A DNA stretch of 50,546 nt, from assembly GCA_041694835.1 (NCBI GenBank), contig JBGFRZ010000048.1, positions 1 to 50,546 on the forward strand, written 5' to 3'. The first letter of the stretch is position 1. Each line of letters opens with the position of its first letter. The notes under the pieces are model-generated. The model did no database searches. It had not been told where the DNA came from and saw only the letters and a program-made list of their open reading frames with translations. Below, piece by piece: positions 10,388-20,051 of the stretch. Both the position numbers and the translations under genes were made by a program. Source of the stretch: Ignavibacteria bacterium (GTDB lineage Bacteria; Elusimicrobiota; Endomicrobiia; PHAN01).

Positions 10388-11257
10388 ATGATGAATAAAC
10401 ATTTCTTTTGGGCGATTTTGATTGCCGTCTGCACGGCGGCTTTTTATATCCTGTTAAATCTGTCGGGGAGTTATCAGAAGAAAGTAGAATTCTCTAATCA
10501 CCCCCGGAGAATAGTTTCACTGGCGCCATCAGTTACTGAGAATCTATTTCTTTTAAGCGCTGCAGATAAAATTGTAGCGGTTACATTCTACTGTCCGCCG
10601 GATGTAAAAAACAAAACAAAAATCGGAACCATTGTATCTCCAAACATTGAAAAAATCGTGTCTTTAAAACCCGATTTGGTTTTAGCAACTGATATAAACA
10701 GACCACAGACAATAAATAAACTTTCAGAACTTGGAATGAAAGTGCATGTCTTCCCGACTGAAAAAAGATTTGCGGACATAGAAAAAAATTTTATTGTTTT
10801 GGCAAAACTTGTAGATAAAAAAAGGGAAGCGATTGAAATTATGCATAAAGTCAGGAAGGAGATAGATGGCATAAGAAAAAAAAATCGCGGGTTAATCAAA
10901 CCAAAGATTTTTTGTCAAATTGGCGCAAATCCGTTAGTTAGTTTAGGTAAAGAAACATTTATAGACGAAATGATTGAAATTGCCGGCGGGTTCAATATCG
11001 CAAAAGGCATAGGATATTTCAGATATAGTCGCGAAGATGTCATTAAACAAAATCCGGACGCCATTATTCTTGTGACAATGGGCGAATACACGGAGAGCGA
11101 ATTAGCTCTCTGGCAAAAATATAAGAATATATTGGCTGTCAAAAAAAACCGGATTTATATCGTCCCCGCCGACGATGTTTGTCGTCCTGCGCCGACGGCA
11201 TTTCTTGTGGGATTGAAAAAAATAAGTGAAATTGTTGCTCAAATAAATCATGAATAA
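10388..11257 (+). CDS. btuF: Cobalamin ABC transporter substrate-binding protein
   Basis: PRRIVSLAPSVTE, PNIEKIVSLKPDLV; context. Start uncertain (10346-10391). Confidence 0.8.
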   Translation: MMNKHFFWAILIAVCTAAFYILLNLSGSYQKKVEFSNHPRRIVSLAPSVTENLFLLSAADKIVAVTFYCPPDVKNKTKIGTIVSPNIEKIVSLKPDLVLATDINRPQTINKLSELGMKVHVFPTEKRFADIEKNFIVLAKLVDKKREAIEIMHKVRKEIDGIRKKNRGLIKPKIFCQIGANPLVSLGKETFIDEMIEIAGGFNIAKGIGYFRYSREDVIKQNPDAIILVTMGEYTESELALWQKYKNILAVKKNRIYIVPADDVCRPAPTAFLVGLKKISEIVAQINHE

Positions 11258-12245
11258 GAAAAAAAAATTATTACTCTTTTCATCGCTCTTTATGCTCATA
11301 GCGAGTTTTTTTGTTTCGCTTATGTTTGGCGGAGTTCAAATATCCATCGGTGAGATATTCCGTTCACTGTTAAATCCCGGCGAAGAACGAGTTGTATCAA
11401 CTATTATCTATAATATACGACTGCCAAGAATTATTGCAGGTATGTTTATAGGAGCGGGTCTTGCTGTCTGTGGTTGTGTATTACAGGCAATTTTGAGAAA
11501 TCCGCTGGCGGAACCATACACACTCGGCATTTCCGGCGGCTCGGCATTGGGCGCTGCTGTTGCTATCATTTTTAATTTCGCCAGACACTTTGGAATTTTT
11601 TGGCTGCCTATTGCAACGCTCACTGGCGCCTTTATCTCGGTTTCAACGGTATATCTTGTGGCAATTAAAAAACGATTTCTCACTCACACTTTAATTTTAA
11701 CAGGAGTAATTTTAAGTTTTGTTTTTTCTTCCGTGGTTATGTTTATATTCGCCATTGCAAAATCGGAAGAAATTCACAATATAATATTCTGGCTAATGGG
11801 TGACATATCGTCGACAGAGCCATTATTGCTTAAAATTGTAATTCCACTCATAACTATCGGGCTCGTTCTTATTTTTCTTTTCAACCGCGAACTCAATGTC
11901 ATTACTCTCGGTGAAGAGAAGGCGTTATATTTGGGAATGAGTGTTGAGGAGACAAAAAAGTTTTTGTTTATTGTTGTTTCTTTAATCACAGCCGTCTGTG
12001 TTTCCGTCGGAGGCATTATTGGTTTTGTGGGTTTGCTCGTTCCGCATTTCATACGGTATTTTGTTACAGGCCCCGAGCATGGTTTTTTAATTCCGATAAG
12101 CGCTTTATCAGGAGCAATTTTTTTAATCCTTTGCGATACATTGGCGCGAACGCTCATCGCTCCGATAGAACTTCCTGTGGGCGTAATTACGGGAATATTC
12201 GGTGGATTATTTTTTTTAATTTTTATTTTGCGTCGTAAACCCTGA
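11250..12245 (+). CDS. btuC: FecCD/BtuC-family ABC permease
   Basis: IRLPRI, RNPLAEPYTLGISGG, IGFVGLLVPH, ELPVGVIT. Confidence 0.88.
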   Translation: MNKKKKLLLFSSLFMLIASFFVSLMFGGVQISIGEIFRSLLNPGEERVVSTIIYNIRLPRIIAGMFIGAGLAVCGCVLQAILRNPLAEPYTLGISGGSALGAAVAIIFNFARHFGIFWLPIATLTGAFISVSTVYLVAIKKRFLTHTLILTGVILSFVFSSVVMFIFAIAKSEEIHNIIFWLMGDISSTEPLLLKIVIPLITIGLVLIFLFNRELNVITLGEEKALYLGMSVEETKKFLFIVVSLITAVCVSVGGIIGFVGLLVPHFIRYFVTGPEHGFLIPISALSGAIFLILCDTLARTLIAPIELPVGVITGIFGGLFFLIFILRRKP

Positions 12246-12249
12246 AAGG

Positions 12250-12422
12250 AGTAACGAGTAATAAGTCACGAATAATCAGTAACAAGTGACAAGCAACGAG
12301 CAACGAGTAGCGGGCGAATTGCCATTCGCCGTTTTTTGCGGGATACAATCCCGCCGCTACAACTGACCAATAACCAGTAACGAGCCACGATATTGTAGCC
12401 ACACCGCTTTGCGTCGCTACAC
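12250..12422. repeat. Heptamer tract (GTAACGA-like) plus GTAG-REP doublets
   Basis: Eight in-phase 7-mers, then GTAGCGGGCGAATTGCCATTCGCC...GCGGGATACAATCCCGCCGCTAC and GTAGCCAC...CGCTAC. Confidence 0.75.
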
Positions 12423-12443
12423 GGACTTTATGTTACAAAACTT

Positions 12444-13262
12444 ATGAATAATATTTTAGAAGTCCAAAAAGTTACAACGGGTTATAACGGCATTGAAGTG
12501 CTCCGTGACATATCTTTTCAGGTAAAAAGAGGAGAAATTCTCGGAATTATAGGGCCCAACGGAGCGGGAAAGACGACATTGTTTAAGATAATCGCTCGTT
12601 CTCTTTTGCCATGGCGTGGGAGTATTTATTACAATGACAATAATATTTTGCGAATATCTGTGAAAAATTTATTTCAAGAAATCACTATTTTGCCGCAAAT
12701 TATCGAAACGCCTTTTTCTTTTAATGTCTTTGATTTTGTTTCAATGGGAAGATATCCTCATTTAAAAAGAATGGAGGAATTGAAAAAATTAGATTTTGAA
12801 ATAATAGAACATTCGATGTCACTCACAGACATCTTGCGACTGAAAGACAGACCTATAAATCATCTTAGCGGCGGCGAACGACAGAGGGTTTTTCTTGCTC
12901 AGGCACTGACGCAGACCCCTAAACTTTTATTGCTTGATGAGCCAATTACCCATCTGGACATAGGACATCAGGTTGGGATTTTAGATATCATTAAACGTCT
13001 GAATAAAGAACACACGCTGACTGTAATTATGATATTGCACGATTTGAATTTAGCGGCTGAATACTGCGACCGACTGATTTTGATGGATAGGGGGGGAATC
13101 TACAAAATGGGAATTCCCGACGAGGTTTTAACTTATCAAAATATCGAGGATGTTTATAAGACAATAGTTGTTGTAAAAGAAAATCCCATGTCAGGAAAAC
13201 CGTATGTCGTTTTAATTTCACAGAGCAATTATGGGCGAAAAGGAGGTGAAAATAGTAGATAG
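12444..13262 (+). CDS. btuD: Cobalamin/Fe-siderophore ABC ATPase
   Basis: GPNGAGKT, LSGGERQR, LLLLDEP, LHDLNLA. Confidence 0.88.
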   Translation: MNNILEVQKVTTGYNGIEVLRDISFQVKRGEILGIIGPNGAGKTTLFKIIARSLLPWRGSIYYNDNNILRISVKNLFQEITILPQIIETPFSFNVFDFVSMGRYPHLKRMEELKKLDFEIIEHSMSLTDILRLKDRPINHLSGGERQRVFLAQALTQTPKLLLLDEPITHLDIGHQVGILDIIKRLNKEHTLTVIMILHDLNLAAEYCDRLILMDRGGIYKMGIPDEVLTYQNIEDVYKTIVVVKENPMSGKPYVVLISQSNYGRKGGENSR

Positions 13263-13359
13263 TAGACGGGGGATAGGGAAAAGGATTTTGCCAATCACCG
13301 TCTTTACGAGAAGATAAGAATTCAAAATTGCCCGAGTTCTGTTTAATATATAAAAGAAA

Positions 13360-13525
13360 CAACCAGGAGAGATAAAGGAAATCCCCGTGAAATTCGTGGT
13401 GCTGCCCCGCAACGGTAATGTAAATCAGTAGATAGTAGATAGTATGTAGTAGATAGGGAAGAAGGATTTTTACTAATCCACTAATAACTATCACTAATCA
13501 CTGCCTTTACGAGCCCGGTCTATTA
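13360..13525 (+). promoter_or_regulatory. Cobalamin riboswitch, degenerate, with repeat-derived extension
   Basis: AAGGAAATCCCCGTGAAATTC...GCTGCCCCGCAACGGTAA core and GAGCCCGG B12-box-like tail directly upstream of btuB. Boundaries approximate. Confidence 0.7.
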
Positions 13526-13560
13526 TTTCTCTTGGAAAGTATTCTCGAATGGAGGAGAAA

Positions 13561-15486
13561 ATGTTTAAGAAATATTTGTCAAAATTGTCTCTTTTGTTGT
13601 TAATGTCAATCTGTGTCAATCTGTGTTCATCTGTGGTTGCTTTGTCTGAAGAAGAAATCAAATTTGTAGATGAAACCGCTTTTATAACTTTTACCCGAAG
13701 ACAAGAACAGAGAAAAGAACTGCCGACAAATGTCTCTGTAATCACTTCAAAAGAAATTGAGCAACTCGGTGCACGAAACGTCGGCGAAGCAATTGCTCAT
13801 CTCACAAGTATAGATATCGGTCGCTATGGCACATTGGGTTCACTAAGTTCTGCAAGAATTCGCAATTCAACTTCTGAGCAAGTCCAAATTCTAATCAACG
13901 GAACTCCGCTTACTGGTGTTTCTTTTGGCTCAGCAAACTTATCACAAATACCGCTTGACAACATTGAAAGGATAGAAATCGTCCGCGGTCCATCGTCGGT
14001 ACTTTATGGCGCAAATGCAGTCAGCGGTGTCATCAATATCATTACAAGAAAACCAAGAACACCTGTTCCGATGATACAATTTGACGCCGGTTATGGAAGT
14101 TTTGATACTCAAATTTACAAAATAAGTGCAGAGTTGCAGAGAGAAAAACTTGGAGTATTTGCTTCTGGAAGCAGACAGAGCTCCGCTGGATTTAGAGAAA
14201 ACTCAAAATATGATAACGATAATTTTGCATTATCGCTTGGATATGATTTTCCTAAATTTGGCAAATTATCTTTCGAACACCAGTATTTTCGCGGAGACCT
14301 CGGTGTCCCGGGTTCTAATTCTACGCCAATAAATATGTATAACGGCGAGAAAGAACTCAAAGCAACAACACCAAATGCCAAACAATCAAACACTATACAT
14401 AACTTGCAACTTTCTTATGAAAATAAATTTTCGTCGGATTTTGGCATAAACACAAAACTTTATAGCAGAACAAATAACCACAGTTATGCAGACCCCCCAG
14501 CAGAATCGACAAAAATGGATAACTATATTATTGGTGCTGATATTCAACTGAATCTACCAAATAATTTAATTCTCGGATATGTCCACAACAGAGATTCTTA
14601 TGATACAAAGCAGTTAGTAACAGGTGCTTATGTAAATACAAAAAAGCAGCTGGACAACCGGGCAATATATGTTCAGCAATCAATAAGTCTAATCCCAAAG
14701 TTAAGAATAATCCCGGCGGCACGGTTTGATTTACATCAACTTTTTGGTAATTATCTTAGTCCGGGATTATCAGCGGTGTTTTTGCCAACTAAAAATCTTA
14801 AATTCAGCGGCAGTATTGGTAAGGCATTTCGCGCCCCGACTTTTTCCGACCTTTACTGGCCACGGACAGATTGGGCAGGTGGCAATCCAGAACTTAAACC
14901 CGAAGAATCTGTTGGATACGAGTTGGGAACAGAATTGTCAGATGGTGTAAATGCAGCCAGAATTAGTTATTTCAACAGAGAAGTAAATGAACAGATTAGA
15001 TGGTGTCCATCCGACCCGGCAAATCCATTTTCTCCGTGGACGCCATCAAATGTTGATAATGCACTTGCCTCTGGTGTCGAAACAGAATTTGAATTTACAT
15101 TAACTGAAAACTTAACCAATAAACTGAACTGGTCGTTTGTCAATAATACAATCAAAAAGAAAGGTGAAGAGCAAAAAGGATTTCAAAAACCAGCATACAG
15201 CCCGGAACACACTGTTTCTTATATGTTGAGATATATTTTCCCAATGAATATCTTCATCACAGCAACTATAGAATATGTTGCTCAACAATATTCACAAGAC
15301 GACAAAAAAGGGGTAGAATTGCCATCTTATACTCTGGCTAATTTGCGTCTATCTCAAAAAATCGGTTTGCTTGAATATTTCGTTGCAGTTGAAAATATCT
15401 CAAACAAAAGATATATTACAAGAGACGGATATCCGCTGCCAGGTATAACATATTCATTGGGAGTTAATTTACGCTTCCTCATTTAA
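13561..15486 (+). CDS. btuB: TonB-dependent receptor, probably vitamin B12
   Basis: Plug motif IERIEIVRGPSSVLYGANAVSGVINIIT, FRAPTF, GNPELKPE; GGAGGA RBS before 13561; riboswitch context. Confidence 0.88.
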   Translation: MFKKYLSKLSLLLLMSICVNLCSSVVALSEEEIKFVDETAFITFTRRQEQRKELPTNVSVITSKEIEQLGARNVGEAIAHLTSIDIGRYGTLGSLSSARIRNSTSEQVQILINGTPLTGVSFGSANLSQIPLDNIERIEIVRGPSSVLYGANAVSGVINIITRKPRTPVPMIQFDAGYGSFDTQIYKISAELQREKLGVFASGSRQSSAGFRENSKYDNDNFALSLGYDFPKFGKLSFEHQYFRGDLGVPGSNSTPINMYNGEKELKATTPNAKQSNTIHNLQLSYENKFSSDFGINTKLYSRTNNHSYADPPAESTKMDNYIIGADIQLNLPNNLILGYVHNRDSYDTKQLVTGAYVNTKKQLDNRAIYVQQSISLIPKLRIIPAARFDLHQLFGNYLSPGLSAVFLPTKNLKFSGSIGKAFRAPTFSDLYWPRTDWAGGNPELKPEESVGYELGTELSDGVNAARISYFNREVNEQIRWCPSDPANPFSPWTPSNVDNALASGVETEFEFTLTENLTNKLNWSFVNNTIKKKGEEQKGFQKPAYSPEHTVSYMLRYIFPMNIFITATIEYVAQQYSQDDKKGVELPSYTLANLRLSQKIGLLEYFVAVENISNKRYITRDGYPLPGITYSLGVNLRFLI

Positions 15487-15533
15487 CAAATAGCGAATAG
15501 CAAAAAGTAGATAGTAGATGGTAGCGAGTAGAT

Positions 15534-15678
15534 GGGGTCTGCTGACGCTACGCTAAAACGCTAAAAATTCAAGCACTACGACGGGAATTAAACAACTGAA
15601 ATTTACCCCGTTAGATAGCAATCATCTAACGGGGTGAATGCCTCTGTGGTGAGGTTTTAGCAAAGCGTCAGTGGTCTC
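15534..15678. mobile_element. Short copy of the 9778 MITE
   Basis: GGGGTCTGCTGACGCTACGCTAAAA...TTTTAGCAAAGCGTCAGTGGTCTC; same nested ACCCCGTTAGA hairpin before CTCTGTGGTGA. Confidence 0.75.
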
Positions 15679-15730
15679 ATGACCATCGGGGCAGGTCAGC
15701 ATTCATAAAGGAAAATTGTGGCGACCTGTT

Positions 15731-16300
15731 TTATACAGGACGAAATTGTTCACTCTTTCTCGTCTTTTCAATCTTCAAAACAGTAATGCTTACAACAACG
15801 CCAATAATAGAGCCCACAATTATGTCACTCGGATAGTGCACAGCAAGATAAACCCTCGACACCGCTACGAGAGCCGCCAGACCGTAAAATACCACCCTAT
15901 AATTTTTGATTCTGTTTGAGAGAAAAACTGCCGCCGCGAAACCCGCCGCGGAATGGCCTGACGGGAAAGATCTCCATCTGAGTATTTCATAGACAGCCCT
16001 CAGGTCTTTCAGATGTTCCAGCGGCCGTGGTCTGTCGACAAGCTCCTTAATCATCGTCACCACAAGTCCGCTCGATATCAACGCTATCGCCGCCATTGTG
16101 AGATTTCTACGCAAATTCTTTCCACCCGTCGATGGATTGAAATATATTATTAAAGCCATCAAGAAAGATAGAATCAGTCCATTACCGAGATTCGTTATGA
16201 AAATCATGCAATAATCCATGAGAGCGCTCGAACAATCTATGTTCAAAAATCGTGTAATAGCATTGTCTATCGCCTGAACGAAAGCAAAATAATTGTTCAC
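15731..16300 (-). CDS. PAP2-family phosphatase (lipid-carrier phosphatase-like)
   Basis: KELVDRPRP, SFPSGH, SRVYLAVHYPSD. Confidence 0.92.
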   Translation of the reverse strand: MNNYFAFVQAIDNAITRFLNIDCSSALMDYCMIFITNLGNGLILSFLMALIIYFNPSTGGKNLRRNLTMAAIALISSGLVVTMIKELVDRPRPLEHLKDLRAVYEILRWRSFPSGHSAAGFAAAVFLSNRIKNYRVVFYGLAALVAVSRVYLAVHYPSDIIVGSIIGVVVSITVLKIEKTRKSEQFRPV

Positions 16301-17019
16301 TTATATCTCCCCAGAATGAAATTGATGCGTACCCCCACCACTTCAAAAAACATTTTCAGGGAATCTGACAATGCACTTACCCTTGTGTTTGGATTGTTGA
16401 ACCATTTCACGGGGACTTCTTTTATTTTGCAGTTATGCTTCTGTGCAAGAAACATCACTTCGGCGTCGAAAGCGAAACCGTTTATTTTTTGCAGTGAAAA
16501 TAGTTTTTTCGCCGTTTCGCGCCTGAAGAGTTTAAATCCGCACTGCGAGTCATAAATTTTCCTGAATGTAAAAACTCTCGCAATTTTGTTAAAAACCTTA
16601 CCCATGTATTCGCGATAAATCGGCTGTCTTAAAATTATGCGCGAATCCTTGAGCGATCGCGAACCTATGGCTATGTCATAATTTTCTGTGGTCAGAAAAT
16701 AAAGCAGGTTGTCCGCTTCTTCTATGGGCGTGGACAAATCAGCATCGGAAAACAGGATATACTCGCCTTTTGCCGCCTCCATGCCTTTCCGCACAGCGCA
16801 GCCCTTTCCGCGGTTTTTTTCATTCCTTATGATATTTATCGGATTTTTAGAGGCTAAATCAGATACCGATAAGACAGTTCCGTCGACACTCCCGTCGTCC
16901 ACTACGATAATTTCAGATTTGTATCCTTTTTTATTTAAAAAAGAAAGTATTTTCTCCAGTGAACTTTTCAGTCGGTTCTCTTCGTTGTAAGCCGGTATTA
17001 TTACGGACAAATATGTCAT
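16297..17019 (-). CDS. GT2 polyprenol-phosphate glycosyltransferase
   Basis: IIPAYNE, VDDGS, NRGKG, DADLS, DSQCGFK. Confidence 0.92.
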   Translation of the reverse strand: MTYLSVIIPAYNEENRLKSSLEKILSFLNKKGYKSEIIVVDDGSVDGTVLSVSDLASKNPINIIRNEKNRGKGCAVRKGMEAAKGEYILFSDADLSTPIEEADNLLYFLTTENYDIAIGSRSLKDSRIILRQPIYREYMGKVFNKIARVFTFRKIYDSQCGFKLFRRETAKKLFSLQKINGFAFDAEVMFLAQKHNCKIKEVPVKWFNNPNTRVSALSDSLKMFFEVVGVRINFILGRYK

Positions 17020-18644
17020 TTCACCAAAACGTATCCGCCCTCGTTTGAAATTATTTCGAATTTTTTTGCCAGATCTTCCCTGAAAACTTTGGTTTTCGTG
17101 ATAACCATCAGATTTTTGTTTGCCTCGCGCATCTTAAAGAGTTCCGATGCTTCCGAGCGTCCCATAAAAATCACCTTCCTTTTTATATGGAGAACGACCG
17201 ACGGGTTCATCGGCATGTCGTACACTACGATTTCCGTTTTTTTATCGGAAATCTTTTTTGCTTTTTCCGATAAGTCATATATGCTGCCCTGGACTATTCG
17301 CCAGATTGCAGGCATAAAGAATCCCGTAAGGGCGAAGTTGAAGAAAAACATAATAGCTGCTGTGGCGATTATATATGCTTTGATTTTCCTGAAACTAAAG
17401 CAGATATAGAAACAGACCGGGATGGCCGCTAATATCATCGCCATCAATTTTGACGAATTGCCGGTATGCACGGTGGCATGAAGAAAAGGTTGGGTTTGAA
17501 TAAATCCGGGACGCAAAATATTCGCGATAATGTCGAAAGCGCCAAAGAGCACGATAAGCGAAAGCGAGATAATCAGAACTATCGCAAAAGCTATTTTTGA
17601 CATGAAGTTCCATGCGTTTTTTCTAATAATTCCGTCCAGATAGGCGCCTATGAGCACTGCCATCGGTGGAAAAACCGGGAGTATATAATTTGGTAGTTTT
17701 GTTTTGGCTATGGAAAACAGAATTAGCGGCGTCGCTAACCAAATAATCAAAAATTTATTAATCGCCGCTTTATTTTTCGAAACGAACTCAGTTGCCGGTT
17801 TAGCGAAAACGCAAGGCAGAAATCCGCTCCACGGAAACAACCCGAAAAAAAGCACCGGGATGTAATAAAGTAGACCACCGGTATGTCCCTCAAACGATTT
17901 TCCTCCGAATCGCTGGAGGTTATGGACGAGAAAAAAATCCTTATAGAACTCTCCTCCGGTTTTTACTGTCACGACAACGAACCAGGGCAGAGCGACCAAA
18001 AGAAAAAGCAAGATGCCTGTGAAAGGTCGTATATCGACGAGTTTAAGTCGCCTCCTTTCGGTGATTGCGAAAATTCCGCACACCAAAAACGGTATAGCGG
18101 CGCCCACCGGACCCTTTGAGAGCACAGCCATCGCCGCCGAAACATAGGCAAGTAGAATGATTTTTTTATTTTCTGAAAGAAAACTTTTCGCGGCCGAAAA
18201 AATCGACAGCGTTAGAAAAAAAACGAAAACACCATCGGTAATGATTGATTTTGCCGCAATAATTCCTCCGAGAGAGCTGGCGAATACAACCGCCGAAATA
18301 ACCCCCGCGCGCTTGCCGGCGAAAAAAGCCGTAAAATAAAAAATCAAAAAAGCCGTGCCTGCCGAGGCAAGCGAGGAAATAATCCTTCCCGACATAGCAA
18401 CTTCTTTCAGTCCAAAAATTTTATGCACACCGGCGGTGAGCCAATAGAGCATAACGGGCTTTTCATAAAACTTTTTGTAGTTGAATCTCGGAACGATATA
18501 ATCGTTTGTCTCTATCATTTCACGGATGGTTTCGCAGTAAATCGCCTCGTCGTAGTCAAATGCACCGAATTTATCGACGCCGTATAAAAAAAACACCGCC
18601 GCCGCGAGCAATCCGGAAATAATAATCAAATTTCTTTTACTCAT
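17016..18644 (-). CDS. ArnT/PMT-like GT-C membrane glycosyltransferase
   Basis: DYDEAIY, EKP..YW, LSKGPVG, TKLPNYILP; many TM helices. Start 18644 inferred. Confidence 0.88.
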   Translation of the reverse strand: MSKRNLIIISGLLAAAVFFLYGVDKFGAFDYDEAIYCETIREMIETNDYIVPRFNYKKFYEKPVMLYWLTAGVHKIFGLKEVAMSGRIISSLASAGTAFLIFYFTAFFAGKRAGVISAVVFASSLGGIIAAKSIITDGVFVFFLTLSIFSAAKSFLSENKKIILLAYVSAAMAVLSKGPVGAAIPFLVCGIFAITERRRLKLVDIRPFTGILLFLLVALPWFVVVTVKTGGEFYKDFFLVHNLQRFGGKSFEGHTGGLLYYIPVLFFGLFPWSGFLPCVFAKPATEFVSKNKAAINKFLIIWLATPLILFSIAKTKLPNYILPVFPPMAVLIGAYLDGIIRKNAWNFMSKIAFAIVLIISLSLIVLFGAFDIIANILRPGFIQTQPFLHATVHTGNSSKLMAMILAAIPVCFYICFSFRKIKAYIIATAAIMFFFNFALTGFFMPAIWRIVQGSIYDLSEKAKKISDKKTEIVVYDMPMNPSVVLHIKRKVIFMGRSEASELFKMREANKNLMVITKTKVFREDLAKKFEIISNEGGYVLVK

Positions 18645-18738
18645 TGAATTTCGATTCCTTATGGCTTTCCAACCACATATTAACAATTTAAAAAGTTTTT
18701 TCAAATTTTGTATAATTATGTCGTTTTTTCTTTAAAAT

Positions 18739-19548
18739 ATGCGCAAATTAAAAAACCTGAGAAAATCGCTCAAACAACTGGGCCCGTCAGTAATCGCTTT
18801 TTCAGGCGGGTGCGACTCCACATTTTTGCTTAAAGTGGCCGCCGATACACTCGGGAAAGACAATGTTTTGGCTGTCATAGGGGATTCTGAAACTTACCCG
18901 GCCGGTGAGAAAAAATACGCCCTCGCCTCGGTTAAAAGTTTCGGCGTGCCGCATCTTATAATAAAAACCGAAGAGCTAAAAAATAAAAAATTTTCAGCTA
19001 ACACACCTGCAAGATGTTTTTACTGCAAAGATGAACTTTTTGGCAGAATTAGCGAGCTCGCTCGAAAAAAAAACATGAGACTCCTCGACGGCACAAACCT
19101 CTCCGATTTATCCGATTACCGTCCCGGTCGCGCCGCCTCCAAAAAATGGGGGGTGCTTTCACCTCTTGCTGAAGCGGGTATGACGAAAGATGATATAAGA
19201 CGATACAGCAAAATGCTCAATCTTGCAACCTGTGGAAAGCCTGCTCAGGCGTGTCTTGCGTCGCGTTTTTCATACGGGGAAAAAATTAATCAAAAAAAAC
19301 TTTCAATGGTCGGGAAAGCCGAAAGTTATCTGAAAAACTTCGGGTTTCACAATCTCCGCGTAAGATACCAGCCAAACAGCACGGCGAAGATAGAAGTTGA
19401 CGTCGGAGATCTGCCGAAAGTCGTTTCAGCGGGAAACAGAAAAAAGATAATTTCTTTTTTGAAAAAACTCGGTTTTATTTACGTGACTTTGGACATAGAA
19501 GGCTACAGAGTCGGCAGTCAAAATCTGACGTTCCGTCGGAAAACTTGA
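18739..19548 (+). CDS. larE: LarE-family ATP-dependent sulfur transferase (PP-loop)
   Basis: AFSGGCDS, RCFYCK, DYRPG, ACLASR, GYRVGS. Confidence 0.88.
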   Translation: MRKLKNLRKSLKQLGPSVIAFSGGCDSTFLLKVAADTLGKDNVLAVIGDSETYPAGEKKYALASVKSFGVPHLIIKTEELKNKKFSANTPARCFYCKDELFGRISELARKKNMRLLDGTNLSDLSDYRPGRAASKKWGVLSPLAEAGMTKDDIRRYSKMLNLATCGKPAQACLASRFSYGEKINQKKLSMVGKAESYLKNFGFHNLRVRYQPNSTAKIEVDVGDLPKVVSAGNRKKIISFLKKLGFIYVTLDIEGYRVGSQNLTFRRKT

Positions 19549-19573
19549 CCCGGTTAGAAATATTTTGTATACT
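19545..19573 (+). promoter_or_regulatory. Putative sigma-70 promoter of the polyamine operon
   Basis: TTGACC-17 nt-TATACT. Confidence 0.6.
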
Positions 19574-19667
19574 CTGCCATTTGATATTTGGCGAAGATTG
19601 CATATTGGTCAGGACTATGGATTTCTATCGTGGTTGACAGAAATTTCAAAAAATATAAATAATTACT

Positions 19668-20051
19668 ATGAGATCGCTTGGGAAACATCTCCTCATAGAA
19701 CTTTACGACTGCGACTCAAAAATTCTGAATGATGTCAGAAAAGTTGAAGAGGTGATGGCTGCCGCCGCAAAAAAAGCTAAAGCCCACATCGTCGACGTCG
19801 TCTTCCACGCATACAACCCGCAGGGAGTGTCCGGTGTCGTCGTGATAGCTGAATCGCATCTTGCCATCCACACGTGGCCCGAGTACGGATTTGCGTCGGT
19901 TGACGTCTATACATGCGGCGAGGATATAAATCCATGGATCGCTTACGACTACATAGAAAAAAAATTAAAATCAAAAAATGCAACCACTATAGAGATGCGG
20001 CGCGGGATGATAAAAAAGGAAGGTCTGCGCATAAAGCATAAAAATACTTAA
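19668..20051 (+). CDS. speD: S-adenosylmethionine decarboxylase proenzyme (SpeD/SpeH type)
   Basis: GVSGVVVIAESHLAIHTWPE cleavage motif, DVYTCG. Confidence 0.93.
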   Translation: MRSLGKHLLIELYDCDSKILNDVRKVEEVMAAAAKKAKAHIVDVVFHAYNPQGVSGVVVIAESHLAIHTWPEYGFASVDVYTCGEDINPWIAYDYIEKKLKSKNATTIEMRRGMIKKEGLRIKHKNT

